Shown: one piece after another, positions 18,558 through 29,533 of the stretch | How the letters are laid out: each line of letters begins with the position of its first letter | How positions within the stretch are numbered: position 1 is the stretch's first letter | Source: Bacilli bacterium | Lineage (GTDB): Bacteria > Bacillota_I > Bacilli_A > RFN20 > CAG-826 | NCBI GenBank assembly: GCA_028705995.1 | Contig: JAQWCH010000002.1 | Coordinates: 22,398-86,397, forward strand | Length of the DNA stretch: 64,000 nucleotides | Reading direction: 5' to 3' | Made by a program: the position numbers and the translations under genes | The notes under the pieces: generated by a model | Databases searched by the model: none | The model's input: the letters and a program-made list of their open reading frames with translations, nothing else | Told to the model about the DNA's origin: nothing

Positions 18558-18633
18558 GATAAACTCCTTTGCGTCCATTATACAAGAAAATCGATTAATT
18601 TATGTTAAAATTAGCTTGAAAGCAGGTGAAAAT

Positions 18634-19506
18634 ATGCAAGTATTTGTCGCCAACCCACATGGGTATTGTGAAGGTGTTGTGCATGCAATTGCACTCGCAG
18701 AGCAAGTTCGAAGGGAGTATCCTAACACACCAATTGATGTATTGGGCATGCTTGTTCATAATGAAAAGGTGATTCAACAACTAAAAGAAAACCAAATAAC
18801 TACTATTAAAATACCAATTAGCCATTATGCTGACTTTTTGAGTAATGTTGACGCTTCGCATATCATTATTTTTACTGCGCACGGTCATGACCGTAAACTC
18901 GACCAAATTGCCACTCAACGCAAGTTACACACGATTGATGCTACTTGCAATAAGGTTTATGATAGCTTTTTATTAATCGAAAATGCTTTAAATGCTGGTC
19001 GGGAAGTAATTTATCTTGGTAAAAAAGGACACCCTGAAGCCGAAGCAGCGTTATCACGGGGAAAAGATGTCTATTTATACGACGTTGATCAAGATTTTAA
19101 CTATCAGCAACTAAAGACCAATAACCCTTTGGTCATCAGCCAAACCACTCTTTCAATTCTCGAACTTAAAGGTTGTCATTTAGACATTCTTGCAATGTTA
19201 CCGAATGCCGAGATTGGTAATGAAGTATGTTCGGCAACACGTTTGCGGCAAACTGCTGTCCAACAACTACCATCTTTTGTCGATGCAATCTACATTATCG
19301 GCTCAACCCAGTCGTCAAATACAACAAAACTCGCTCAAATTGCTAAAATTTCCCACCCACAAGCAAAAGTCCGGCATATTGCCGAACTTAGTGAATTAGA
19401 TCAAAGTGAATTGAATCAATTTTCTGCTGTTGGCGTCGCAAGCGGAGCCTCAACACCATTATTTATAACAAACGAAATAATCGAATTTCTTAAGCATTAT
19501 CAATAA
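18634..19506 (+). CDS. ispH: HMBPP reductase IspH
   Basis: GYCEGV, LVHN, TAHG, DATC, HPE, SQTT, VCSAT..RQ, SSNT, SGASTP. Confidence 0.93.
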   Translation: MQVFVANPHGYCEGVVHAIALAEQVRREYPNTPIDVLGMLVHNEKVIQQLKENQITTIKIPISHYADFLSNVDASHIIIFTAHGHDRKLDQIATQRKLHTIDATCNKVYDSFLLIENALNAGREVIYLGKKGHPEAEAALSRGKDVYLYDVDQDFNYQQLKTNNPLVISQTTLSILELKGCHLDILAMLPNAEIGNEVCSATRLRQTAVQQLPSFVDAIYIIGSTQSSNTTKLAQIAKISHPQAKVRHIAELSELDQSELNQFSAVGVASGASTPLFITNEIIEFLKHYQ

Positions 19507-20275
19507 TAATTGGTAATGGCGGTTCTTCGTGATTAATCAGCGTGATTTTTAGTGTTGGATCAATCTCCAACAATCTTTTTTGCATTGTTGGCATGAAGAT
19601 GCGTTCGATTTCATGCGGTAAGTCTAGATAATTATATTGATTAACGACGATTCCGCGCCGCACATGATGAGGGGCATCACCAGAAATATAAATATCATAG
19701 CCTTCTTCTTTGGCGATTGACCATGTGCGTGAACCGCCGCCACCAATCAACGCGACTGAATTGATTTCCTCATTACCTTCAGCAATTAGCAAACCGTATT
19801 TTACACCTAGTTTTTCAATTGCCATTTTTGAGAAATCTTCAATATTCATCGGGGAAGTTAATTCCCCACCACGTGCCATCGGATCACCGCCTAATGGGCG
19901 AATATTATTTAAGCCAAGCGCGTAGGCAAGTGCATCATTCATCCCGCCTCTTCCTTCATCAAAATTAGTATGATAGGAATAAACACAAATTCCGGCTTGT
20001 TCAAGTTTTTCCGCTAGTTCTTTACGACTAGGGTCACGTTTAAAGACTTTGCCGGGTGTACCATAAATAAACGGATGATGAGTAATAACTAAATCCGGTG
20101 ATAAATCAATGATTTGATCAACATTAATCTCATCAAGATCAAGCACGAGAATGATTTTTTCAACTTCATTTGGTAACTTACCGACCATATGACCAACGTA
20201 GTCATGATTTTTCTCGGCAATTGATTTTGGAAATAGTTTGGCGAGTCTTAATAATAAGGAGCGCATTTTAATCAT
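19490..20275 (-). CDS. Nif3-like dinuclear metal-centre protein (YqfO-like)
   Basis: ITHHPFIY, YSYHTNFD...GMND, GGGS, YISGD..HH. Confidence 0.88.
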   Translation of the reverse strand: MIKMRSLLLRLAKLFPKSIAEKNHDYVGHMVGKLPNEVEKIILVLDLDEINVDQIIDLSPDLVITHHPFIYGTPGKVFKRDPSRKELAEKLEQAGICVYSYHTNFDEGRGGMNDALAYALGLNNIRPLGGDPMARGGELTSPMNIEDFSKMAIEKLGVKYGLLIAEGNEEINSVALIGGGGSRTWSIAKEEGYDIYISGDAPHHVRRGIVVNQYNYLDLPHEIERIFMPTMQKRLLEIDPTLKITLINHEEPPLPIIIDNA

Positions 20276-20957
20276 TTTTCGGTGCCTCGATTCTCAGTAA
20301 TAAATTTATCAATTGTAATTCTTGTTCAACTTGAATTTTACGCTGTGCTGGTAAAGTGTAATCATTAAGTAAATTTTGTAATTTACGTGCTTGTTCATTC
20401 CACATTTGATACATTGCCGCGGAAGGATGTTCCAATAGACGTGGCCCAAATATAGCTTGATCAATACGCAGTTTTTCTTCACCCGGCTCCGCGATAATGA
20501 GCGAATAAAAATGGCCATCTTCTTCGACTATCTCTTCAGCCTTAATCATAAAATGCCATTGATTGAGCGCTTGTCTTACTTCTTTTGCTTGTACATGCGG
20601 TATAAGAATTATTTTTTTTATGTTTTTCAGCTTATCAGCATCGTTACTTAAAATGTCAATAATTTGTTCACCGCCCATACCAGCGATCACAAGCGTATCA
20701 ATTGAGGCTGGTAAATGCTCAAGACCATCAGCTAAGTCGCAGATTATGCTATTTTCCAAGCCGGCATCTACAACATTTTTTAATAAACGTCGATAAGGAC
20801 CTTTTTTGTTATCACTGGCATAAAGCCCTTTAAGCATATAATTTTTTGCTAAATAAATCGGTAAATAACCATGATCGCTTCCAATATCGGCCACACTATC
20901 ATTGTTTTTCACATAGCGCGCAACCGCTAATAAGCGCTTTGGTAAAAAGTTAGTCAT
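20268..20957 (-). CDS. trmK: tRNA (adenine22-N1)-methyltransferase
   Basis: RL.AVA...[12 protein letters not shown]...DGL...IAGMGG; follows rpoD; likely start is ATG at 20957. Confidence 0.9.
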   Translation of the reverse strand: MTNFLPKRLLAVARYVKNNDSVADIGSDHGYLPIYLAKNYMLKGLYASDNKKGPYRRLLKNVVDAGLENSIICDLADGLEHLPASIDTLVIAGMGGEQIIDILSNDADKLKNIKKIILIPHVQAKEVRQALNQWHFMIKAEEIVEEDGHFYSLIIAEPGEEKLRIDQAIFGPRLLEHPSAAMYQMWNEQARKLQNLLNDYTLPAQRKIQVEQELQLINLLLRIEAPKND

Positions 20958-22377
20958 TGAAGTTTCGATAGTCTTGTAGACGTTTAACACGAGATGGTGC
21001 CCGCATTTTCCGAATTGCTTTTGCTTCAATCTGACGAATACGTTCACGCGTCACACCAAATTCTTTGCCAACTTCTTCTAAAGTCCGTGGACGATTATCA
21101 TCAAGACCGTAACGTAAGCGGATGACGCGATCTTCGCGATCGGTCAAACAGTCGTGCATCACCTCATACATTTCATCAATCAACAAAACATTTGAAGTAT
21201 AATCAGATGGCGATATTGTTTCCTTATCTTCGATAAAATCACCAATATGTGAATCTTCTTCTTCGCCAATCGGCGTTTCTAATGAAACCGGTTCGAGCGC
21301 AATTCGTTGAATTTCACGGATTCGATCAGCACTTAAAAGCCCCTCGAGTTTATCTGAAATTTCTTCACCAGTTGGTTCACGGCCTAATTCTTGTACTAGC
21401 TGACGTTGGACACGCGTGATTTTATTGATAGTTTCCACCATATGAACAGGAATGCGAATTGTCCGGGCTTGGTCAGCAATCGCCCGTGTAATCGCTTGAC
21501 GAATCCACCATGTAGCGTAAGTAGAAAATTTAAAGCCTTTTGTATAATCAAATTTTTCGACAGCTTTCATCAAGCCAAGGTTGCCTTCCGAGATTAAGTC
21601 TAAAAAACTCATTCCGCGACCAAGATAATGTTTAGCAATATTAACGACCAAGCGTAAGTTGCTTTCAATTAATACGTGACGCGCTTCTTCATCGCCTTCT
21701 TCAATTAACTTCGCTAAAGCGACTTCTTCATCCGGTTTTAGTAGATCATGACTGCCAATTTCATGAAGATAGAGTTTGACAGAATCATTAATTTTCACTT
21801 CACCAGGAGCGACTTTGCCAAATGTTTTACGAATTACTTCGTCTTCATCAACTTCGTCTTCCTCGTCTTGTGAATCAAAATCAACTTCATCGATACCATC
21901 GACGACATCATCGGCTAACTCACTTTCAATTTTTGCTTCATCAATCCCTTTTTCATCAACTTCAATGTCATCGAGATCTTCATCCGCATTAACATCAATG
22001 TGGCGTTCTTCAAAGTAACTAACAAGTTCTTCTAAATCTTCATCTGCTAAATCTAAGTGCGTGCAAGCGTCAAAAATTTCGTCTTGCGTTAAGAAACCGT
22101 TGGTTTTGCCTTTTTTCTCCAAACGCTTTTTAATTGCATCAAGTGATTCAAGCTCGACAGTTTTAGAAATTTTACTAGTTCCTCTTTTTTTCTTGGGTTT
22201 AGTTTCGATGAGTTGTTCGTCGTCAAAATCTACGATATCCTCTTCTTCATCGATGATATCGACAGGTTCTAGATTCTTTTTATTCGCCTTTTTAACTGAG
22301 CGAATATTTTCCGCTTCATTTACATCAACTAAAACCTCGGTCGTATTCGTCTCTTCAACTTTTTTTCTTCTTCCCAT
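20950..22377 (-). CDS. rpoD: Primary sigma factor RpoD/SigA
   Basis: [57 protein letters not shown]...TRERIRQIE. Confidence 0.96.
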   Translation of the reverse strand: MGRRKKVEETNTTEVLVDVNEAENIRSVKKANKKNLEPVDIIDEEEDIVDFDDEQLIETKPKKKRGTSKISKTVELESLDAIKKRLEKKGKTNGFLTQDEIFDACTHLDLADEDLEELVSYFEERHIDVNADEDLDDIEVDEKGIDEAKIESELADDVVDGIDEVDFDSQDEEDEVDEDEVIRKTFGKVAPGEVKINDSVKLYLHEIGSHDLLKPDEEVALAKLIEEGDEEARHVLIESNLRLVVNIAKHYLGRGMSFLDLISEGNLGLMKAVEKFDYTKGFKFSTYATWWIRQAITRAIADQARTIRIPVHMVETINKITRVQRQLVQELGREPTGEEISDKLEGLLSADRIREIQRIALEPVSLETPIGEEEDSHIGDFIEDKETISPSDYTSNVLLIDEMYEVMHDCLTDREDRVIRLRYGLDDNRPRTLEEVGKEFGVTRERIRQIEAKAIRKMRAPSRVKRLQDYRNFND

Positions 22378-22387
22378 GCTTTGTTAC

Positions 22388-24175
22388 CTAGCCTTTCTTG
22401 CGCGGTCGCTTATGCGTTTTATAGTATTCATTTAATATCATCGCTCGTTCAATATCTGTTTTACCAATTAACTTTTTTTGTAATTCGTCTTCAGCGGATA
22501 TTTGATTTTTCTCTTCGGTGATAATTTTTTGACATTCTTGCAAATGTTCCAAGGAGTATGGTGGCTTTTTTTCAAACGACAATTCCGTAATTTGATTTGT
22601 CAAGTTTTCTTTGCCACTGATCGAACTTAGTTCAAGTTCGGTAATTAGGTTAGCAATATCGATTGTTTCGTGATTTTGAAAATAATCAATTAAGAAATTA
22701 GCGATATTGCGATAGATATCATGATAGAAATAGCCAATTTCTTTTTGATAGAAATTAACGGCTTCTGGGCTCTGTAGCATTTGCATCAGTATTTCATGTT
22801 CTGCCAGCTGTAATCGCTGCATGAGTGGCCGTTCTGGGTGGAAATCATTAACTGCTACTTGTGGGTCATTTGCATTTTTATTTTTATAACGGCGGTATTC
22901 CTTGCTTAGTGATCTGAGCGGGAAGCCAGTTAAATGCGACAATTTTTTCAAATAATCTTCCGCTAATAACTCCGACGGGGCTTTAGCGATGATTGGAAGC
23001 ATTTTTTGCGCTAATTTTTCGCGTTCCGTGCCTTTATCAAGTTGACTGTGATTACTGTAGTAATTAAAAGCAAAATCCACGCCAGATAATAAATTATTAA
23101 GATACGTTTTGAGTCCATTCACCCCAGAAGCTTGATAAATATCATCGGGGTCGCGCGTATCACCATCGTTGTTGACAATGCGATATTTATATTGATTTTG
23201 ACTTAATGTTTCGGAAATTTTGAGCATTGCTGCTTGGCCTGGTTCATCACCATCGAGACAAATTCGGATTTCAACATTCAAGTTACGTAAGATTTTTAGA
23301 TGCTCAGAGGTTAAAAATGTGCCCATCAAAGCCACCGTTGATTTAATTCCTGCCTCGACAAGAGCAAAAATATCCATAAAGCCTTCAAGAACATAAATAT
23401 AGCCATCGTGGCGGGCGCTATCTTTGGCCTTATCAATGTTATAAAGCACTTCACTTTTATGGAAAATTTCTGTTTCCGGTGAATTAACATATTTTGCCTC
23501 AGCGCTTTTATCATTAAGGCGGCGGGCACTAAATCCGATTACTTGCCCATCTATATTTGTGATTGGGAATATTAAGCGACCGCGGTTACGATCGGTTGGA
23601 TGTTCAATTGAACCGCCAAGAATTCCCACGCGTTCAATTGTCTTAATACTATGTCCACGCTGTTGCAGAAACATCACAGTTGCTTCACCATTTTGCAAGG
23701 CATAGCCTATCTTATATGTCTTTTGGATAGCTGAAGAAATTTTGCGTTTATTTAAATACTCAGTCGCAATTTGCCCTTCTTCGGTGGTTAAACAATATTG
23801 GTAGTATTCAGTTAAATCTGTCAAACATTTATATAGCGGGATTAAACGACTATCAATCGGCCGTTCTTCGCGATACGATTTCAATCGCTCATCGGTAAAG
23901 CCGATAATCGATGCAACTTTTTGCACAGCCTCGCCGATTGATATTTTCTCGAAATCACGAACAAAGGTAATCGCATTACCTCCCGCACCACAAACAAAGC
24001 ATTTATAAATCTGCTTTTCGCTACTAATCATTAATGAAGGATTACGATCATCATGAAAAGGGCATAGAGCCACATAATTGCGACCCTTTTTTGTAACATT
24101 TATGTACGAAGAAAGGACATCTACAATGTTTGCACTCTTCAATACGTCTTCAAATAATGTATCGTGATTGTCCAT
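22388..24175 (-). CDS. dnaG: DNA primase
   Basis: CPFHDD...CFVC zinc finger, KYVNSPET, EGFMD, DGDEPG, DPDD. Confidence 0.96.
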   Translation of the reverse strand: MDNHDTLFEDVLKSANIVDVLSSYINVTKKGRNYVALCPFHDDRNPSLMISSEKQIYKCFVCGAGGNAITFVRDFEKISIGEAVQKVASIIGFTDERLKSYREERPIDSRLIPLYKCLTDLTEYYQYCLTTEEGQIATEYLNKRKISSAIQKTYKIGYALQNGEATVMFLQQRGHSIKTIERVGILGGSIEHPTDRNRGRLIFPITNIDGQVIGFSARRLNDKSAEAKYVNSPETEIFHKSEVLYNIDKAKDSARHDGYIYVLEGFMDIFALVEAGIKSTVALMGTFLTSEHLKILRNLNVEIRICLDGDEPGQAAMLKISETLSQNQYKYRIVNNDGDTRDPDDIYQASGVNGLKTYLNNLLSGVDFAFNYYSNHSQLDKGTEREKLAQKMLPIIAKAPSELLAEDYLKKLSHLTGFPLRSLSKEYRRYKNKNANDPQVAVNDFHPERPLMQRLQLAEHEILMQMLQSPEAVNFYQKEIGYFYHDIYRNIANFLIDYFQNHETIDIANLITELELSSISGKENLTNQITELSFEKKPPYSLEHLQECQKIITEEKNQISAEDELQKKLIGKTDIERAMILNEYYKTHKRPRKKG

Positions 24176-24225
24176 TTATACCCTCGCTTATTGATAAAAC
24201 ACTAGATAAAACAACTTTATATCTA

Positions 24226-25599
24226 CTAGAAAACAACTTTTGACATTAAATAAGCGGAAACCTCAGAAATTGGCAAGCGAATTTGCGCCATCGTATCGCG
24301 TTCACGAATCGTCACTTGTTGATCTTCCAAAGTTTGAAAATCAATTGTGATGCAGAAAGGTGTTCCAATCGCATCTTGGCGGCGGTAACGCTTTCCAATA
24401 CTTCCGGTTTCGTCATAAACAACCATTAAATCTTTCGCTAGAGCAGCTCTAACTTCTTCCGCTTTTGGATTAAGCTTCTTCGATAAAGGCAGAATTGCTG
24501 CTTTATAAGCGGCAATGGCCGGGTGAATATGCATAACGATTCGTAAATCATCGCCAGGCAAAATCTCTTCATCATAACTATCAGTTAATACCATAAGCAT
24601 TAGGCGATCGAGTCCAACTGATGGTTCAACAACATAAGGTAAATACTTTTCGTTTGTATCAGGGTCAAGATATTCCATGCTTTCTTTAGAAAATTCTTGA
24701 TGCCGGCGCAAATCATAGTCCGTCCGGTCAGCAATTCCCCAAATTTCACCCCAACCAAATGGAAATTGATATTCAATATCAGTTGTTGCCTTCGAATAAA
24801 AAGCTAATTCTGCCGGATCATGATCACGATAACGCAAATTTTCCTTACGGACACCAAGTTGAGCGATAAAGTCCAAACAATATTGTTTCCAATAAGCAAA
24901 CCATTCTAAATCAGTTCCTGGTGCGCAGAAAAATTCCATTTCTATTTGTTCAAATTCACGTGTACGGAATGTAAAATTCCCTGGTGTAATTTCATTACGG
25001 AATGATTTTCCCGATTGAACTACGCCAAACGGAATTTTTTTCCTTTGTGAACGTTGAATATTTTTAAAATTAACAAAAATACCTTGAGCTGTTTCTGGAC
25101 GTAAATAAACTTCGCTTTTACTATCATCAGTCACACCAATGTGTGTCTTAAACATCATATTAAATTGGCGAATATCAGTAAAATCACTGGCTCCACAATT
25201 TGGACAAGTAACGGCATGTTCTTTAATAAACGCATTAAGTTGATCAAAGTTCATTGCTTGAACATTTACATCCGGAAATTGTGCTTCAATCAATGTGTCA
25301 GCCCGATGCCTTGTTCGACATTTTTTACAATCGATGAGTGGATCATTAAAACTGGCAACGTGTCCAGTCGCTTCCCAAACGCGGGGATTCATTAAAATTG
25401 CTGAATCTAAGCCAACATTAAGAGGACTCTCTTGGACAAATCTCTTCCAATAAATCTTGCGAATATTATTTTTAATTTCAACACCTAATGGACCATAATC
25501 CCATGTGTTTGAAAGACCACCATAAATTTCTGAACCCGCAAAAACAAAGCCACTTGTGACAAGATGTGTCACAATTTTATCGAATTTATATGCCGCCAT
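24226..25599 (-). CDS. glyQS: Glycine-tRNA ligase, single-subunit (alpha2) type
   Basis: [58 protein letters not shown]. Confidence 0.95.
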   Translation of the reverse strand: MAAYKFDKIVTHLVTSGFVFAGSEIYGGLSNTWDYGPLGVEIKNNIRKIYWKRFVQESPLNVGLDSAILMNPRVWEATGHVASFNDPLIDCKKCRTRHRADTLIEAQFPDVNVQAMNFDQLNAFIKEHAVTCPNCGASDFTDIRQFNMMFKTHIGVTDDSKSEVYLRPETAQGIFVNFKNIQRSQRKKIPFGVVQSGKSFRNEITPGNFTFRTREFEQIEMEFFCAPGTDLEWFAYWKQYCLDFIAQLGVRKENLRYRDHDPAELAFYSKATTDIEYQFPFGWGEIWGIADRTDYDLRRHQEFSKESMEYLDPDTNEKYLPYVVEPSVGLDRLMLMVLTDSYDEEILPGDDLRIVMHIHPAIAAYKAAILPLSKKLNPKAEEVRAALAKDLMVVYDETGSIGKRYRRQDAIGTPFCITIDFQTLEDQQVTIRERDTMAQIRLPISEVSAYLMSKVVF

Positions 25600-25692
25600 T
25601 GAAGACTCCAATCTTTGTTCATTAATGAAGAACAATCGCTTATAAGAATACCAAAAAAACAGCTATTTGTCAACCTATTATGAGTGTATACG

Positions 25693-26427
25693 TTACTGAT
25701 GAACAGCTTCAATTAATAAACGATAGCTTTTCAAAGAGATTCCGAGATTATCAAATAATAGTTGCTGAAATTCACTAATAAACGCTAGTGTTTCCATAAG
25801 GGGAAAATTAGCGCGGGATAAATCTTCAGGTTGGCATTTAAAGGCAAAGCGTGCCATTTTTAAAAACATTTCTGTTTGTGACTGGTCATGTTCTTGATCA
25901 AAACAGCTTTGACAAACAAATCCGCCATCAAGGAAATTAACGGCGACAATCGCCTTTTTACTTCCGCAGCGCACACATTGATCAACATCAAGCCCATAGC
26001 CACTTAAGCGCAAAGTAATTGCCATTAAGATAAAAACTTGTGAAAGCGGTTCTGCTTCTTGGCTAATTAAACGAATCGATGATTGTAAATAAGGATAGAT
26101 ATTAGCAACATCGCGATTATCCATTAATGATTTAAGAATAACCTCACCAATGATTTCTAGCGCGCTCATCCTCAGCAAACTACGCATGGCGGATGATGAA
26201 CTATAAATAATAGTTGCTCGGCGTAAAGTTAGACCATGGGCTTTACCTTCGGTCAACTCTAATTCAACTTCCATAAACTTTTGCATAGCAGGAGCATTTT
26301 TTCCTTGAAGATTAAATGCGCCGCGTGCTAAAAATGATAGGTATCCTTCAGGCGTAATCGCCGTGATCATTGCATCTTTTTCTTTAAACGGAGTCACACG
26401 CAAAATGATTGCCGTTGCTACTTCCAT
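25693..26427 (-). CDS. recO: DNA repair protein RecO
   Basis: IILR...EKD...ARG; CVRCG...GGFVCQSC zinc motif; follows era. Confidence 0.88.
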   Translation of the reverse strand: MEVATAIILRVTPFKEKDAMITAITPEGYLSFLARGAFNLQGKNAPAMQKFMEVELELTEGKAHGLTLRRATIIYSSSSAMRSLLRMSALEIIGEVILKSLMDNRDVANIYPYLQSSIRLISQEAEPLSQVFILMAITLRLSGYGLDVDQCVRCGSKKAIVAVNFLDGGFVCQSCFDQEHDQSQTEMFLKMARFAFKCQPEDLSRANFPLMETLAFISEFQQLLFDNLGISLKSYRLLIEAVHQ

Positions 26428-27308
26428 TATTCTTCCTCGGTTAGCCCTAATTCTTTAAGTGCTTGCGCATTATTACGCCAGCCAGGATATACTTTCACAT
26501 ATAATTCAAGTCGCGCGGGAATTTTTAAATTATGATGAATGTCATGTTGTGCAGCGAGACGAATCTTCTTGATCATCGCACCACCTTTACCAATAATAAT
26601 TCCTTTTTGTGATTGTTTATCAACATTGATACTGGCGTAAATATCCACGCCATCTTCAAAGTGTTCGACTTTATCAATCGTAATCGCAATTGCGTGGGGA
26701 ATCTCTTCCTTAGTAAACATCATCGTTTTTTCGCGAATAATCTCACTAATCATGAAATAATCGCTTTGGTCTGTAATATAATCCGCTGGATAATATTGTG
26801 GTCCTTCAGGTAAGAGTTCAACAATGCTTTTTTTGAGCAAATCAATATTAAATTCCCGTGTTGCACTAATCTCTATTTGTTGAGCGGCGGGGAATAATTC
26901 TTGATATTTAGCTTTTAATTGTTCCATTAAAGCAAAATTTGTTGTATCAATTTTGTTAAAAACAATAATGACTGGGCAGTTGAATTTTAAAGTTTCAACC
27001 AAATATTGATCTCCCTCATTGTAAGGACGACCAGCATCAATTAAAAGTAATGCAATATCTGCTTCTCGTAATGAATGATAAGCCTTTTTGTTCATCGCAT
27101 TGCCAAGAGAAAAATGTGGCTTATGCAATCCAGGAGTATCAATAAAAACGATTTGTGCTTCTTCCGTTGTCAAAATTGCGCGAATCAATGTCCGTGTTGT
27201 TTGTTGTTTCGGAGTAGTAATCGCCACTTTTCTTTGAACAAGAACATTTAAAAGTGTCGATTTACCGACATTGGTACGGCCTAAGACCGCGACAAATCCA
27301 CTTTTCAT
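26427..27308 (-). CDS. era: GTPase Era
   Basis: MKSGFVAVLGRTNVGKST, QTTR, DTPG, NKID, EIIREK, GIIIGKGG KH domain. Confidence 0.95.
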   Translation of the reverse strand: MKSGFVAVLGRTNVGKSTLLNVLVQRKVAITTPKQQTTRTLIRAILTTEEAQIVFIDTPGLHKPHFSLGNAMNKKAYHSLREADIALLLIDAGRPYNEGDQYLVETLKFNCPVIIVFNKIDTTNFALMEQLKAKYQELFPAAQQIEISATREFNIDLLKKSIVELLPEGPQYYPADYITDQSDYFMISEIIREKTMMFTKEEIPHAIAITIDKVEHFEDGVDIYASINVDKQSQKGIIIGKGGAMIKKIRLAAQHDIHHNLKIPARLELYVKVYPGWRNNAQALKELGLTEEE

Positions 27309-27309
27309 C

Positions 27310-27711
27310 TTATAAATCGGATCCATCAAAGGCAAATGGCAAAAGTTCTTGTGCATTTGTTTCCTTAACATCGCCCTTGAGATTTGTTAAAAGGATAGGT
27401 TTATCCTTTGGATAAAGTTCACTGATTACCTGACGGCACATACCACAAGGAGAAACGGGTTCAGCGGTATCTGCTGCCACCGCCATCATCGCAAAATCAT
27501 CACGATGGTAGCCATGCATATAGGCATTATATAGTGCGTTACGTTCAGCGCACATTGAGCACGGGTAGGATGAATTTTCAACATTTGCTCCTTCAAATAC
27601 TTGCCCGTCCTTTGTTAGAATCGCCGCACCAACAGCAAAGTGCGAATAAACTGAGTAAGAATGTGTACGTGCTGCAATTGCTAATTTCAATAATTCTTCT
27701 TTAGTCATCAT
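27310..27711 (-). CDS. cdd: Cytidine deaminase
   Basis: YS.F.VGAA, GANVEN, CAER, SPCGMCRQ, ELLP.AF. Confidence 0.95.
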   Translation of the reverse strand: MMTKEELLKLAIAARTHSYSVYSHFAVGAAILTKDGQVFEGANVENSSYPCSMCAERNALYNAYMHGYHRDDFAMMAVAADTAEPVSPCGMCRQVISELYPKDKPILLTNLKGDVKETNAQELLPFAFDGSDL

Positions 27712-27716
27712 AAGTA

Positions 27717-28178
27717 TTAGTCCACCTTTCGTTTGCCCAAAATGGCATTTTGTAATGAAAACATTATTACTTCATCTTTCGGCTTTTGATGATCATAACC
27801 CAAAAGATGTAATAAACCGTGCAAAAACAGAAACTTCATCTCTCGTTGGAAACTATGCCCATATTGTTTCGCTTGATTTTTGGCGCGATCAACCGAAATA
27901 ATAATTGTCCCGAGGGCAACTGTTATTTCTTCATCATTAATCGGGGTTTCACCAGCAACTTTATCTAAAAAAGCAAAACTTAAGACATCAGTTGGTCGAT
28001 CAATTTGCCGAAATTGCTTGTTCAATTCATGAATTTCTTGATCATCGACCAAATTGACCTCGATATAGTAGTGTTCATGAAGATGCAAATATGAAAAAGT
28101 TTTTTGTGCGAGGCGTTGATAAATGCCACGATAGTTTTTTAGATCAACAGGGTAAGAGTTAATAAAATCAAGTTCCAT
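27717..28178 (-). CDS. ybeY: rRNA maturation endoribonuclease YbeY
   Basis: LN..FR..DRPTDVLSF, HGLLHLLGYDH. Confidence 0.95.
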   Translation of the reverse strand: MELDFINSYPVDLKNYRGIYQRLAQKTFSYLHLHEHYYIEVNLVDDQEIHELNKQFRQIDRPTDVLSFAFLDKVAGETPINDEEITVALGTIIISVDRAKNQAKQYGHSFQREMKFLFLHGLLHLLGYDHQKPKDEVIMFSLQNAILGKRKVD

Positions 28179-28221
28179 AATTTGCGGGAATATATTTTAA
28201 CATATTTCGCGCAGTTATATG

Positions 28222-29445
28222 CTAGTCGTGAATAAAAACTTGATTTGGTTCTTTGTTATTAAAAGCTTCGAGATAATTATTGATTTCATCATTATGCATC
28301 AGTTGATGATTTGGCGCAGCGATCAACTTGTAGATACTAGAATATATTTGGTGATAGATAACAAAATGAAATAGCAAATAATTAAGTGACGCCACACGAG
28401 AAATACTCATAATTAAAAATGCGAGTAAAAATATAAAAATTGTTGTAATTAACTGCATAAAAACACGTTTCTCGCTAATCCGATCACTAATTGCCGATAA
28501 GACATGAAATACAGTATTTGCCTCATTAATTTCTTGATTATTCAAATGGGCAATAAACTTTGATTGTTGAGCAAGTGCTTGATATTCATTGCCGCGAATT
28601 AATTGATGAATGCTATCAGAAACTAATGTCATAATTAGTATGATTAATAAGGCAATAATATGCCAAAAACCATTAAAAACTAAAAGAAAAACAACTACAA
28701 TCGAAGCAGTAATCGTTGTGAATAATTGCTGCTGTCGATAAAAGAGCCCTTTTTTAAACAAGAAAACGTTATTAAAGTTATTTAGATAAGGCATCTTTAT
28801 CGCTGCAATATGCTCATCAATATAGCGTTTTTGAAAATCTTTCATGACACTTAGTAAAAATGCGCGTTCTAATAAAGCAAAGATACCAGCAATTAATATA
28901 AAAATTAAAGGGCGATAAATGCTCACTCCATCATCAACAAAATAAAAAGCGATGATTAAAGAACTAATGCTAATTAATGAAAGAAGCCAAGAAAAATAAT
29001 AACGACGCGGGGGTTGCGGATAAAAAACTTTTTCTATTTGAGATTTTCCCGCTTTTTCTTCGGCAACTAAAAATTTACCAGTAAATATGTTTAAAAATGC
29101 TTTGCGTGTAAGCAAAATGATACCATGAATTGGATCATAGACACGTACGAACAGACGGCCAATATTAAAAACAAAAACAAAATGTGAATTTTCACCGATT
29201 AATAGTTGAGCAATCAGCATTTTTTGTGTTTGGAAAACCGCATTTTTTTCTTGAATACCAGTATCATATCCAGTTAGGTGAACACCATATTGATTAGCAA
29301 CGTCAATAATTTCTAAAAAATTTGTTGTTGGCTGCTTAATATTTTCAAATAAATAGGCACTTTTCTTATAATAATTAGCAAGAAACATCTTCAAAGATGC
29401 TAATCCACAATTATTTTCCTCATTTTGATGAATAAATAAAGCCAT
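28222..29445 (-). CDS. C39 cysteine-peptidase domain plus multi-TM protein, with no ABC ATPase domain
   Basis: FIHQNEENNCGLASL (Q...C), SHFVFV (H), VYDP (D); ~5-6 TM segments; no Walker A/B or LSGGQ. Confidence 0.72.
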   Translation of the reverse strand: MALFIHQNEENNCGLASLKMFLANYYKKSAYLFENIKQPTTNFLEIIDVANQYGVHLTGYDTGIQEKNAVFQTQKMLIAQLLIGENSHFVFVFNIGRLFVRVYDPIHGIILLTRKAFLNIFTGKFLVAEEKAGKSQIEKVFYPQPPRRYYFSWLLSLISISSLIIAFYFVDDGVSIYRPLIFILIAGIFALLERAFLLSVMKDFQKRYIDEHIAAIKMPYLNNFNNVFLFKKGLFYRQQQLFTTITASIVVVFLLVFNGFWHIIALLIILIMTLVSDSIHQLIRGNEYQALAQQSKFIAHLNNQEINEANTVFHVLSAISDRISEKRVFMQLITTIFIFLLAFLIMSISRVASLNYLLFHFVIYHQIYSSIYKLIAAPNHQLMHNDEINNYLEAFNNKEPNQVFIHD

Positions 29446-29465
29446 ATTTGATACCCTCACAAATC

Positions 29466-29496
29466 ATAAATAGTCGGTAATCATAAAAAAGGTATC
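29466..29496 (-). promoter_or_regulatory. Putative alternative-sigma promoter or operator GATAC-N17-ACTATTTAT (copy 2 of 3)
   Basis: Both boxes and the spacing are identical to 813-843. Confidence 0.55.
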
Positions 29497-29522
29497 AAAA
29501 AAGGCTAGCAATTAAGCTAGCC
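29497..29522 (-). terminator. rpsU terminator
   Basis: GGCTAGC-ttaatt-GCTAGCC plus T6 on the minus strand. Confidence 0.8.
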
Positions 29523-29533
29523 AATCTTTTTAA

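Noticed and set aside
21800..22377. Long basic/acidic N-terminal extension of RpoD
   Set aside because: Variable acidic region 1.1 extensions are common in primary sigma factors
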